This document shows, in pieces, positions 5,844 through 6,400 of a stretch of DNA of 6,400 nt (position 1 is the first letter of the stretch; every line of letters starts with the position of its first letter). The position numbers and the translations under genes are program-made. The DNA is taken from positions 1 through 6,400 of the forward strand of contig NW_021829380.1 in assembly GCF_006345805.1 (NCBI RefSeq). The letters run 5' to 3'. The stretch comes from Octopus sinensis (lineage: Eukaryota). Below the pieces are notes generated by a model. It made no database searches and had not been told where the DNA came from. It saw nothing but the letters and a program-made list of their open reading frames with translations.

Positions 5844-6172
5844 CCTTCTACTAGCAATTCCGGCTGCTTAATAAACTCTCGTGATATTAATTTCGTGGTG
5901 TCTAAATATATATGGGTGATCTATAAAATAACTGCTCTAGACAACACAAGAATTGGGTTCGAAGAATATTCGTAAAATAGATGCATTTTCCTTGAAGTAG
6001 TAGGAGGACTGGTACACGAGAAAGAATATTACCGTACTAGCTTTCACAAGGAATAATTCTTAGACCAATTTACACATGTGAATGTGTGTATGCTAATTTA
6101 CGCTAAAGTACATGATTTTGTGCGTACTTGAATGTATAGACGAGCACGTATATGCTCGTAATGCTCGTCTTT

Positions 6173-6233
6173 ATGTGTGTGTTTATATGTGTGTGTATAC
6201 ATATATATATGTATGTATATATGATTGATATTA

Positions 6234-6275
<42 letters not shown>

Positions 6276-6290
6276 ATATAATATATATTT
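6173..6290. repeat. (TA)n/(GT)n low-complexity microsatellite
   Basis: Directly visible. Confidence 0.9.
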
Positions 6291-6400
6291 ACATTAATGT
6301 ACGTAGCTACGTAGCTATATGTATATATGTAAAAGCACTTATTCCCTTGGTCTTTACGCAGACGTGTACATCTATGTGTATGACTGTGTATATATATATA

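Overview
AT-rich, microsatellite-dense eukaryotic non-coding DNA with no intact protein-coding gene. The repeat families resemble those I recall from octopus/coleoid genomes (inference from recall, not from a search). Nearly all of the window is decayed mobile DNA. From left to right: (1) a minus-strand LINE 3' end (probably RTE clade) with two broken C2H2 zinc fingers, a 3' stem-loop and a (TA)n tail; (2) a minus-strand tRNA-derived SINE split by a ~900-bp insert made of a polypyrimidine tract, a higher-order minisatellite and a Penelope-like terminal segment; (3) the 3' end of a restriction-like-endonuclease non-LTR retrotransposon lying inside (TATG)n; (4) a small foldback/MITE; (5) an internally deleted mariner with both TIRs; (6) a local partial tandem duplication. 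The most notable unannotated signal is four independent minimal type-I hammerhead-ribozyme-like motifs (622-658, 1675-1712, 3626-3655, 5811-5843), each with at least one core or stem defect. All supplied ORFs are low-complexity artefacts, antisense artefacts or transposon relics. Translations and folds were done by hand.
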